NCBI RefSeq assembly: GCF_018350175.1 | Contig: NC_058368.1 | Span: forward strand, 1,240,001 to 1,304,000 | Origin: Felis catus | Lineage: Eukaryota | Length of the DNA: 64,000 nucleotides | Direction of reading: 5' to 3' | Program-made: the position numbers and the translations under genes | In this document: one piece after another, positions 53,240 to 64,000 of the stretch | How positions within the stretch are numbered: position 1 is the stretch's first letter | Layout of the letters: the number at the start of each line of letters is the position of its first letter | The notes under the pieces: generated by a model | Databases searched by the model: none | The model's input: the letters and a program-made list of their open reading frames with translations, nothing else | What the model was told of the DNA's origin: nothing

Positions 53240-53378
53240 CTGTACCGGGGTTTGTTTTAAAATAAAAACACCAGTGGAGCAGTGGGACTGATCAGCATCT
53301 TCCCAGTTTGGGTCTCTGCGGGGCAGGGATGGGGAGCCCTGCACCCCCTCCCATCCCCCACCCCAGTTACGTCACAGG
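53240..53378 (-). other. GJB6: Candidate GJB6 alternative 5'UTR exon (5' boundary uncertain)
   Basis: Donor GTACAG|GTAACA at 53240; only a weak acceptor (ccctag at 53379). Confidence 0.35.
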
Positions 53379-53746
53379 CTAGGGAGTGTTGATGTTTTCT
53401 CTTCGTGACTTCCTTCTCCCGTCCTTGGCAGGATCCAGACATCACCCCCAAAGCCTCAGCCTGGTCCAAGCCGCAGACAAAGCTCTCCACAGGAGCAGTT
53501 TGAGCGGCATCCCGCAATTCTAAGGAAACTGCATCCGGGCAGGACATTTTCTTCTAGAACACTGGTTAGATTCGACTAGAACTGGAGCAAGAAAATACTT
53601 CTGTGGCATAATGTCTACTGAGGGGAAAGAACAATGATGCACGGTAACGTTCAATCAGGCCCTAAACTGACAGGGAGATTCCACCTGGGCGACGCCAAGG
53701 TGGCTGCTGGGCCAGGTGTCCCTGACTGCATTCGGGCCCCACTCAC

Positions 53747-53848
53747 CTCAGCTCAGTCCCGCTCCCCCGTCAAACACAGGATACAGGTGACACCTGGGAC
53801 TGCTCCTTCACCAGACAGGAAGTCCCTTCTGGTGCCTCCACCTTTCAA
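53747..53848 (-). other. GJB6: Candidate GJB6 alternative 5'UTR exon (5' boundary uncertain)
   Basis: Near-consensus donor GAG|GTGAGT at 53747; possible acceptor catctcag at 53849. Confidence 0.35.
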
Positions 53849-54602
53849 CTGAGATGTGTCACCAATGACACTTAATTACTGTTGTCCAGTAAGTGTCCAG
53901 CAATTGCACCACTGTCATCTGCGTTTCCCAAGTTCTTTGGGCGCACATCACGCAGCCAAAGGGGTCACTTCTACCTGGGACTTTTCCACTAGCCCGGTTG
54001 AACCGGCCTTCCTTTGCCCCAAGCAGGGACGTTCCAAGCAGGGTTCATCGGTGTTCGGTAAAAGCAAAGAAAATCCAAAACGCGGCAAAGCAAGTGGGGG
54101 AAAGGGGCCCAGGTCCGCACCTTGGCCGCTTATACACACGGTTGGTGTATTTATAAAACCTGTTGTGCGAGTCGAAGGGGGACCATCCAGGGTAAAAGTC
54201 AGACCCGTCCATCCTCGTTCCTCCGGGCGCGCGGAGGACGCCAGGCGCTGCGGGGCGGCATCCGGCCGTGGCCCCGGGGGTCGCGGGAGGATGCGGATCC
54301 CCGGCCGATAAGGTTGCCCCGGGCAACCCCAACGCGCCGACCCCCACCCCCGCCGCCGCCCGGCGCCGGGAGGGCGACTGTGCCCTGCGGCCACAGGGCC
54401 CACCTTGGAGCGGTCGCCAACAAGGGCGACAGAGGCGACGGGCTGCAGACCTCACCCGCGCGGGGCCCTCGGAGGCAACGCCTGCGCGCCAAGGGCCGAG
54501 AGGGCGCCCCCCGTCGCCCCCCCCCCCAACCCCGGTCCCCCAGCCCGCAGCCAACACCCGGGGGCCGCCGTGCCTGCGGCCGCGCGCCTGGCACCCGCTT
54601 AC

Positions 54603-54750
54603 CTGCTCGGCTGGACGGCGGCCGGGGCGCGGGGGGCGCGGGGGGCGCGGGGGCCTCGGCGCGGGGCGGCGTCCTCCGCGGCAGCCGGGCGGCAGGTCGG
54701 GCCGGGGCGCCGCGGCTCCGGAGCCGGTGTCGGAAGCGGCCTCGCGTGCA
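54603..54750 (-). other. GJB6: GJB6 non-coding exon 1 (TSS approximate)
   Basis: Donor GAGCAG|GTAAGC at 54603/54602, downstream of the TTAAAA box in the CpG island. Confidence 0.8.
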
Positions 54751-54764
54751 GGCCCGGCTCCCAC

Positions 54765-54870
54765 CTGCAGCGCCTTTTAACCGCGCCCCACCCCGCCTCT
54801 GCCCTGACGCTCCCCCGCCGGCCGCGAGAGGCGAGCGCGCCGAGACCCGACGCGCGCCCGCCCCGGGGCG
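54765..54870 (-). promoter_or_regulatory. GJB6: GJB6 core promoter: TTAAAA box (54780-54775) with GC/GT boxes
   Basis: Minus strand GCAGAGGCGGGGTGGGGCGCGGTTAAAAGGCGCTGCAG. Confidence 0.85.
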
Positions 54871-57209
54871 CGGGGTGCAAGGCGGGCCCTCCCTCGGGGG
54901 CGCGGAGAGCCGGGGTTGGACGCGGGGAGCGGGTGGCGCCTCCCTCGGGGGGCGCCGCGCGCTGGGGGCCCGGCCGGACCTGGGCCTGAAGGGGTGGGGT
55001 TCCTGGCCACCGGCCCCGCGCCCAAGGGAAAGGGCCTGGGCCAGTGGGTCCGCAGCCCTCGGGGGCTTCCGAAGGAGGTGGACTCGCGGGGATCGGTGTT
55101 GGGGACAGGGTTTTTTTTTTTTTTTTTGTTTTTTTTTTTTTTGCCAGGACACATCCTCTTTTTTTCTGGACGCTGCCACCTTCTAAGAGCCTGGCCGTGC
55201 GCGCGCCGGAGAGCAGCCTGGAGAACCGTGACTGTTGTTCTTTATTAATTAACGACCGCCTAGGGGAGCTGAAGGGGCTATTTTTTACTAGTCCTCTCCG
55301 CCCTTTGACACCTCCTCGGGGGGAAGCCGAGTGGGCCTCCCGGGCTGGCCGGGTCACCACGTCAGGACCTGCTGGTGCCCTCCATTCACGGACGGGGCTC
55401 GGGATGCCCGGGGTAGGCACAGGCGTTGGTGCAGGGGCCGGTGGGATGCAAATGTTGGAAGCTGTTTGGGGACCCGGCTGCACAGGTGCAAGGCTGTCCT
55501 AAGTCGGACAGGAGAGGTGGGACTTGCGTGTTCCACGCGGTTGGTAATTAAACATCCCCACCTAAACCAGACGCAAGTCGCTGGGTCCTATTGTGTCATG
55601 CAACACGATGAGTGGTGGTTCTTCTGTCTCTCTAAGGTCCTGAAAATGAAGCAAGAGGATGAAAATCTACCTCCCTCCCCTGAAATATTTTCAGGAGAAC
55701 AAGATTCTCAGAAAACTGCCCAGACTCAGATAAGTTAAAAATACTTTGGGGTGGGCCCTCGAATGGCCTTGAAAGTAAGCTTGAAAGGAGGCGCACAAAA
55801 ACCTGTTTTAGGCTTTTTCTTTAGACAGGCTTGCTGTCTTTAATGTATCCTTTGCCTTGAATGTTCCCTCAGCCTTAAAGGTGTGGCTGGTCCTCTCCTG
55901 CCCTCTAGTCTCTCCATCATTATCCCCAGACAAATACACCAGCGGACCCATCTGTTTGCATAGTAACATGACTCAATGGTAAAAGCAGACTGTAAACCTC
56001 TTTGGGGATCCTAGTCAGTTTCAGCTTTTGTTTTCGCATTCCCAGCACACTAGGTAAAATACTTTGCACAGGGTAGATGCTGTTCCATGAGTATTTGCAT
56101 CTTGATTGGCAAAGCCCAAGCAACATGGCAGATAATCCTGGAAATGGCTTTTACTCCTCAGGTATGACTGTCCACCTTCCCCCTCTTTAAAGTTGCTTCC
56201 ATACAGCACTGTGTTTGAGCACGTAGATTCTAGACCAATGGAAATCATTCCAGGACCTTTCCAGGAAAGAACTTTGGAACTAAAGTAGCCACAAAGAATG
56301 TGTTTCATTTGCTCAGGTGCCCAGAAAGGGAACAGTCTCAACACTGTGCAAAAGTACTCTTTTCCTGTATCTATGGGTTTTTACTTTGTCATTTGCCTCC
56401 TAATGTTTAATCCCGTCCAATTTTCACTTCTTACCATATGGTCCTGTGGCAGCAGAAATTTAAAATGGACTGTATAAATGTACGGGCTTGTTGAGATGTT
56501 CACCTGAAAACTGAAAGTTAAGGATTTTATGCTAATGAGAACCATCTAGAGTGTAGACTGTGTTGGTGACCTGTGTGGCACACATGGAAAAACCTTCGGG
56601 AGCTGATTACAACTCCACTATCCACTTAACAGCATCACGCAATTCTGAAAGCAAGACTTTTGTAGCCCTGGTTGTAATCAGTGACACGATTGATTGATAT
56701 CTTCCCTCTGTGTCTTAATGATGATTTCCAGAGGCCATAACTTTAATCCGCACAAAATCTGTGAAGTGTGGATCTTCCTTTGCAACACCAGAAGGGTTGA
56801 AGGGGTAACAGTGAAATACTCTTTTGAAAATCTATAAATTCTCTGGGTGACCTCTCCTGCCTTTCCATGGAGAGCAAAGGGGACTCCAGCCCCCACTCCC
56901 ATCAGGGCCACCCCCCATGCCCTGCCCTGCTGGTCAGTGGAGCAGACTCACAGTGTAAGCTCAAAGTACAGCACAGGGACTCTTCCTCATAAGTGACATA
57001 GTCCCAGATGCCTGGAAGGGAGACGACCGTGTTCTCCCTTTAAAAAACACAAAATGAAACAAAAAACCCCAAAAAACTAACATTTGTCTATTCAGTCCAC
57101 AAAAAAAGCCTATATTGAGCAGGGCTTTATTAGGCTGGGGACATAGAGGAAACAGTTCCCATATCAAGAGTTTTCTAGTTTGATTTTTCAAATCTGTGTG
57201 CAAAGGTCA

Positions 57210-57355
57210 TTTGAGATGCTGTTGAAAGGGTAATAGGACAGGTTTCTGGGAATCTAATTCCGTGAGTCTTGGGTGAGCCTAGGAACTTGCATTTTTATCA
57301 ATTATCCTGAGTGTTCCTGGTCTAGGTAGTCTGAGAGTGATACTTGGAAACATGA
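57210..57355. mobile_element. MER5-like hAT DNA transposon remnant
   Basis: gaatctaattccgtgagtcttgggtgagcctaggaacttgcattttta...atacttggaaaca. Confidence 0.55.
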
Positions 57356-57425
57356 TAGTTATGGATGTTCTTTGCTTTTTGATTTTTAAAAGGATATCAG
57401 TGTTTTTATTTTTTCCTGTGTTCTG

Positions 57426-57637
57426 TTTATTTTATTTTATTTTATTTTTAGCTCTGGTATAGTTAACATACAGTGTTATATTAGTTTCAGGTGTGCAATA
57501 TAGTGATTCAACAATTCCATACATCAAACCAGGAAAAAGACTCTTAACTGTAGAGAACACACCGATGATTATCAGGGGGGAGGCAGGTGAGAGGACGGGT
57601 GAAATAGGTGATGGGATTAGGGAGTGCACTTGTGATT
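57426..57637. mobile_element. Short L1 with 5' inversion (minus 57426-57526, plus 57527-57637)
   Basis: T tail + reverse L1 terminus joined to forward L1 3'UTR text (actcttaactgtagagaac...ggtgatgggattag). Confidence 0.75.
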
Positions 57638-57681
57638 TTGAATTATGGTAAAATACACAGAACATAAACTTTTAGCCATTT

Positions 57682-57902
57682 TATTTTATTTATTTATTTA
57701 TTTTTAAACGTGTATTTAGTTTTGAAAGAGAGAGAGCCAGAGTGAGTGGGGGAGAGGCAGGGAGAGGGGGGCAGACAGAGGATCCAAAACGGGCTCTGTG
57801 CTGACAGCGGAGAGCCCTATGTGGGGCTGGAACCCAGGAACCGTGAGATCATGACCTGAGATGAAGCCAGACATTTAACTGGCTGAGCCACCCAGGCGCC
57901 CC
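57682..57902 (-). mobile_element. Can-SINE (SINEC)
   Basis: SINE body; TSD actttta(g/a)ccattt at 57668-57681 and 58299-58312, the right copy displaced by a later L1. Confidence 0.9.
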
Positions 57903-57904
57903 AC

Positions 57905-58291
57905 TTTTTTTTTTTTTTTTTTTAATTCAAGTGAGTTAACGTACAGTGTAGTCTTGGCTTCGGGAGTAGAACCCAGTGATTCATCTCTTACGTACGACAC
58001 CCAGTGCTCATCCTGAAAACCATCAAAATCCTACAGGAGAAAACAGGCAACAACCTCTTTGACCTAGGCAGCAACTTCAGCAACTTCTTACTTGACACAT
58101 CTCTGGAGGCAAGGGAAATGAAAGCAAAGATGAACTATTGGGGCCTCATCAAGATAAAAAAACAAAAACAAAAACTTCTGCACAGTGAAGGAAACAATCA
58201 ACAAAACTAAAAGGCAACCCATGGAATGGGAGAAGATATTTGACATATCAGATAAAGGGTTAGTATCCAAAATCTGTAAAGAGCTTACTGA
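57905..58291. mobile_element. Carnivore L1 with 5' inversion (minus 57905-58011, plus ORF2 piece 58012-58291)
   Basis: Poly-T + reverse L1 end joined to forward ORF2 text (KTIKILQEKTGNNLFDLG); imperfect TSD gcgc(cc/tg)cactttt. Confidence 0.8.
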
Positions 58292-58299
58292 GCGCTGCA

Positions 58300-59070
58300 C
58301 TTTTAACCATTTAATTGTACAATGCACAGAGATGTTTAGTCACAGTGTTTTTCCACCATCACCACTGTTTAGTTCTATATTGTTTCCGTCACCTAAAAGG
58401 AAACATAGTAGCCACTGAACAGTCACTCCCTGATTCCCAACCCCTGACTAACTACTAACCTGCTTTGTTTCTATGGATTTACCTGTTCAGGATATTGCAT
58501 ACAAAAGGGCTCAGCCATATATGGCCTTTTGTGTCTGGCCTCTTTTACTTAGCATGATGGTTTCGAAGTTCATCCGCGTGGTAGCTTGCGTTTGTACCTC
58601 ATTCCTTTTAATGCACGAATATACCACATTTCACTTACCCGTTCATCAGTTGACGGGCACTCTGGTTGTTTATACCTTTTGGTTATTGTGAACAATGCTG
58701 CTATGAACATCCGTGTGCAAGTTTTTATGTTAACACTTGTTTGCAATTGTTTTGAGTATAAACCAGAAGAGGAGAGGGGCCGCTGGGTCATGTGGTCGTT
58801 CTATGTTTAACTTATTGAGGAACTACCCATCTTCTATCGCAGCTGCCCCGCTTTGCAATCCTACCTCCAGTGTCTGAGGGTTTCACTTTCCCCACATCCT
58901 CACCAACACTTGTTATTTCCTTTGTCTTTTTTTAAGCTACTGCCGTCCTAGTGGGTACTAAGGGATTATCTCGTTGTGGTTTTGCTTTGCATTTCCCTGA
59001 TGTCTAATGACACTGAGCATCTTTTCATATGCTCGTTGGCCATTCGTATATCATTGGAGAAATGTCTGTT
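58300..59070 (-). mobile_element. Old L1 (L1MB-like) 3' fragment (host; begins ~57640)
   Basis: Reverse L1 3'UTR/ORF2 end text (ggttattgtgaacaatgctgctatgaacat...tgcatttccctgatg). Confidence 0.8.
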
Positions 59071-59459
59071 CAGTTATGGACGTTTTCATGTGTCCAAGTG
59101 ATCTACAAACACTATCTCAACAAATACAGAGTTCCTCCGATGTGCAAAATGTAGGCTCCTGCCCGACTCTGGCAGTTCTGTGTTCCCTACAGACTTTGCA
59201 GTGATGAGGCAAGGTCTTGTGTCGGAGGATGAAGGGTATGCTGGCGATGGCTGGTGAAATTGGGGAGGGGGCACAGAGCCCGGCTCACCGTGAAGCTGTC
59301 ATCGAAAAGCGTGGCTGCGTGTCCTTACTCTTTCTGGCTGCCAGCGCTGGAAGTCCTGAGATACTGGTTACTACTCTGGGATTGTCCTCTAGTTCTCCAC
59401 GGGGCCCTTCACGTACGTGAACTGAAAGCCCTAGCTGTGGTTTTGGACCTTTTCTTTTT

Positions 59460-60480
59460 ATAATAAACCTTTTCTTGTAAAACAGTTTTAGACTTACAGA
59501 AAAATTGCAAAGATAATAGAGTTACCACATACCCTGCATGGAGTTTCTCCTAATAGTAAAGCCTTACATGAGTATGATACGTTTGTTACGATTAATGAAC
59601 CTATGGCAATGTGTTATTACTCACTAAAGCCCATACTTTACTCAGGTTTCCTCGGTTTTTACCCAATGTCCTTTTTCTATTCCAGGATTTGTGTCTAAGA
59701 TAGTGTGTCACCATTAGTCACCATGTACACTTAGGCTTCTCCCGGCTGTGACAGTTTCTCTGGCTTTCCTTGTTTTTGATGGCCTTGATAATTTTGAAGA
59801 GTGCTGGCCAGGTATTTAACAGAAGGTCCCTCAACTGAGGTTTGTCTGATTATTTTCTTTGATTAGATGGGGGTTATGCGTTTTGGGGAGGAAGACCACG
59901 GAAGAGAATTGCCATCTTCATTATGTCGTGTCAAAGGCACATGTTGTAATCAACATCCCTTGTCCCTTGGGATGTCAGGCTTATTCATCTGGCTGGGGTA
60001 GGGTCTGTCCGGTCTTGCCACTGTAAGATTACATCCTCCCACCCCCCCTTCCATACTGTGCTTCTTGGAAGGAAGTCACTGCAGCTCACAGGTAAGGGGT
60101 GGGGGAGTTTCGCTCCACCTCTTTGAGGCTGGAGTAGCCACATAATGATCTGTTATTCTTCTGTGTGGGACATTTGTCCCTTCTCCCGATTTACTCATTT
60201 GGCCCGCATTTGTTTATATTGCCACGGACTCATGGATATTTATTTTATACCTCGGATTATAATTCATAAATACTACCTTATTTATTTTGTTCAAATCATT
60301 TCATCTTTGTCCGTTGGGAGTTCTTTCACTTGGTTCCTCTTTACCTTTCGATACACACCCATCATTGTGGGTTTTTTTAAATGCTTTCTTTCTAGCCCTG
60401 CAAGATGCTCGAGGCTCGTATTGTGTGTGCCGTGCCCCATCCCTAGGATCAGGCATTTCTCCAGGGAGCCCTGCTTCCGT
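59460..60480 (-). mobile_element. Old L1 (L1MC-like) 3' end
   Basis: aaacagttttagacttacagaaaaattgcaaagataat...ggcatttctccagggagccctg. Confidence 0.7.
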
Positions 60481-63257
60481 TCAGGGGAGAGCTCGGTGTC
60501 TGTGATCTCGTTTGCCTATTTGTTCCTCTACTTGACTGTGGGCTCCCTGAGGGAGGGTGTCTGGACGGTGTTGTTCATCAGTTTGTGTTCCTGTACAAGC
60601 ACTAGTGCTGCGCCTGATGTATTCTTGAGGCTCAGCAAGCCTTTGTTGAATGAATAAGTTCAAGGAGTCTTTGTGGGGTGGATTAATTGAAAATATTAGA
60701 AGGGTCTGGTGGGTGAAAATGCGAGGAAAGAGTAGTTTGAAGATCTAACCGGTGACGTGTCTGTGTACGTGACAGAGTGGCCGGTCTCCAGGAAGAGTGG
60801 GGACATGGTGCTGACCCTCGAAACAGTTGTGATCTCACAGGGAGATGCGACACGTGCTGTTAGAGGGAAAGGGGCCTGTCGTTTTGCAGCCAGAAGTTCC
60901 AGGCGTCTCCAGGGAAGTCAATCTGGAGAGCGCAGCATCCGGCTCTTGGCTCTGCAGAAACAACGTAAAGTTATGGGACTTGGAAGAGAGGCGATCACAG
61001 GCCCCAATCCAATGACACTGTTTCCTCATGGAGATGCACCTGGCCTAACGGGCGCTTGGTGGGAAGGTGCCCCTGGGAGACCCGTCCACTCCCCCACAAT
61101 GCCTTATGGTACTCTACAGTTGTGAGCAGAACAGGTGGATGCTTTAAGGCTCTTTCCATCGAGCCGTCCATCAAGTGACCTCAGCCCAGTATCTGGCCTG
61201 CCGTCTAGAGACAGGATCATTTCCGAAAAAAACGCTGGATTCTTGGTCTTTGACTCTCGGCTTTTTAAGCTTCATGCAGAATATAGTTCTTATTTAAACA
61301 CGTCTTCACTTCTTGTGTCATCTCGAAATATACCTAGTGGGGTTATACTTTTCTTCTAATACACATATCCAGACTCTTCTCCTTCTTTTATCTTCTTTTT
61401 CTGTTTGCTTTTCACAAACCTTAGTATTTCCAGGTTTTCGTTAGCAACTTATTAGTGATTTCTTAGATTGGGATATTTCCGTGGCAGGCCAGTACTAATT
61501 TGGGGGTGACATTTTCATGACTTTAAGTACACATCCTGGGGTGACTTCTTATAACCCTCTAAGTTCTGGCCAAAGAAGAATATATTAAAACTATGTATAA
61601 TAATTATCACATATAATATCATGTCCCACGAAATATCATTTCACAACGTAAGACATACACCGCATACAAAAGCCAAATTCCCTTCTGCGGGGGATCAGCG
61701 AGGGGAGAGCTCAGTGAGGGTGACAAGCTCTGGGCGGAGCTTCGTGGCCTGGGCAGGGGGCACAGAGCGCCTGGGATGGGCTGCGGGCAGGCATGTGTGT
61801 GTGGCAGCTGGATGAATGTGATGTGCTCGTGTGATGGCAGGTGGGGGGCGGGGACTGGCCGGCCCGGCTGCAGCGGACTGCTGGTGTTGGGCATACAGGG
61901 GCATCGTGGTCAGGTAGGGCCCAAGTGCATGTGGGGGATGCCAGTCAGGAAGAGGAACTAGACTAGCTACGAAATGAGGAAGAAGGCGCAAGATGCCGCT
62001 TGACGAGAACCAAACGTGGCGACTTTAATGAAGCGCGCGTCCATTACGAGCCAGTGGGATGTGACTGCCCCCCAGCCATGGCAACTTTGGGCACCTTCAG
62101 TGGAAGTTTGGTGTCTCAGTGAGCTGGGTGTTTCTTTTCCCTCTTTTCTAAGCTGGTCCCGCCCAGCGGGAGCAGATATGTTTCTTTCCAGGGGACATTT
62201 ACAAACTGTAAACAGATGGGCCAGCAGTGGATTTCTATGAGGGGAGGAGTTGACCCGAGGCCAAATGACCCTCAGCAGGGTGCTGTCTGGATGGGGGACA
62301 GACCGAAGGTCTGCTCACTGGAGAAACACTGGTAACACAGTCACCACTGGGGAGGAAAAAAACCGAGTCCAGAGGTTCCGTTTTGAGCTTGAATGACCTA
62401 GACGATCATATTTCTCTTCCACTGACAAGTAGAGATGCTGATAAAGGAAGCCGCCTTGGGAGTGATGGAGTCTGTGAGGCTGACTGTGGGCCGGGACGGT
62501 GGGGGGTGGGGTGGGGGGTGGGGTGGGGGGTTGGTGAAACGCTATAGGCGACGTGTGGCTGAATGTCAGGAATGAAAGCCTAGGTCTGGGAATCCAGTCT
62601 TGTTTCGGACTCCCTGTTTACCCTTCATTCCTGTCTAGTCGGCCTTTTCCAGATGGGCCTGCACTTTTCCCAACCGTGCTCAAAATCCTATCCATCTTTC
62701 ATGGGCTTGCTGTTCCGCGGTTGTTCTTTGAATTCTTGTTTCTCCCCATTTACTCCTGGAGAGAGATCATCCCCGTGTGCTCTCCCCGGTCCCTCCGCCC
62801 CGCGCTCCTGTGCTCCACGTGCAGCCCTCCCTCTGTTACCGCTTTCCGTGCCTTTGCTTTACCTCTCTTGCAATGATTTCCTTGACGGTTAAGACATTTC
62901 AGGATGGAACCCGTCCCTTACTTATCTTTGTATCATTGCTTCCCCCCGGCCCTTAGTACCACCTACCTAATGCGCAGATCATGTCTGCTGCTTCTGTATC
63001 ATTGATGGAGTAAATCGTTCAAGTTAACGTGGAATTGAGGCAGTATACAGTTGCTGTTTGGAAGAGTCAATTCTACAAGAGAAGGGCTTTGGTGGGAGGG
63101 AAGGTGGAGGTATAAATGCTGAGCCTGCAGAAAAGAGGAGTGGGAGCCAGTAATAGGAGAGAGAAGAAGGGAATGGAGAGATAGAGGCTAGCCCAGACGA
63201 GGGGCAGATAGCTGTGTGGCTGACTAGGTGGGGACAGAGTATCCAGGAGGCTGGTGC

Positions 63258-63690
63258 ACTGATCAGGACTCACCGGGGAAGCAAAACCAATAATATATAC
63301 ATATATATATTATACAGAAATTTATTTTGGGAATTGGCTCACATGATTGCGAGGGCTGGCAAAAGCCCAAATCTTCAGGGCAGGTCAGCAGGCTGGAGCC
63401 CCAGGGGAGAGCTGGTGTTGCAGCTTGAGTGTGAAGGCACTCTGAAGGCAGAGTTCTCTCTCCTTTGCCAGGGCGGGGGGGTGGGGGGACCAGTCTTTCT
63501 GTGAAGGCCTTCAACTGATGTGTTGAGGCCCACCCACATTATGGAGGGTAATCTGCTCTACTTAAAGTCTATGGTTTAACTGTCAATCACATCTAAAAAA
63601 CATGTTCACAGGCCATTTAGATTCATGTTTCCCCAACTACATGTTTGCACTGTAGTCTAGCCCAGTTGGTGGATAAAATGAACCCTCACA
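63258..63690 (-). mobile_element. MLT2 (ERVL) solo LTR
   Basis: ggaattggctcacatgatt...gaggcccacccacattatggagggtaatctgct...ataaaatgaaccctcaca, typical MLT2 text. Confidence 0.8.
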
Positions 63691-64000
63691 GGTGGGTTCA
63701 TTTCTTCCTCCCAGCAGATGAATCCTACCAAAGGGAGCAAAGCTTTAGGGCCACCCTGGTAGACAAGGTTACTTCTCCTTCCAGGGGCTCACAGTGGAGC
63801 TGAGAGGCCAGTGAGTAGACAAGCAATTGCAATACAGCAGTGAGGGCTGTGATAAGGGTGGCCAAGGGCAACGAGCACCATACACGGGCCGAGAACACGG
63901 GAGAAAAGCTGAGGGGACTTGTTAAGACCTTGATTTAATGTGTGGCATGCACATCGACAGAAGCCGCCACAAAATGTTAACAATTATTGATTCTATCTTG

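Larger units (their letters stand above)
54000..55460. promoter_or_regulatory. GJB6: GJB6 CpG island
   Basis: Dense CpG/GC around exon 1; T-rich tract at 55111-55142. Confidence 0.9.

Noticed and set aside
54045..55502. Long overlapping ORFs (up to 354 aa) in the GJB6 CpG island
   Set aside because: Arg/Pro/Gly/Ala-rich ORFs open in several frames because stop codons are scarce in GC-rich DNA.

Overview
Mammalian genomic DNA, almost certainly felid (young SINEC_Fc-type Can-SINEs). It spans the tandem beta-connexin pair GJB2 (Cx26, CDS 12814-12134) and GJB6 (Cx30, CDS 46251-45466), both on the minus strand and orthologous to the human DFNB1 deafness locus. Each gene has one coding exon, a non-coding first exon in a CpG island and a TTAAAA core promoter. 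The rest is intronic/intergenic DNA rich in SINEC, L1, L2, L3/CR1, MIR and ERVL/MaLR LTR remnants, including a ~10 kb nested L1 pile (33.2-42.9 kb). I found no new protein-coding system. The most notable observations are: homologous core promoters of the two genes; a dimeric 76-77 bp GC-rich minisatellite next to the GJB2 splice donor; an orphan CpG island at the GJB6 3' end with signs of AT-to-GC drift and antisense splice signals; three co-oriented CTCF motifs around GJB2; candidate enhancer motif clusters; and several inverted L1 structures. Repeat family names and human comparisons come from memory of consensus sequences, not from a search.
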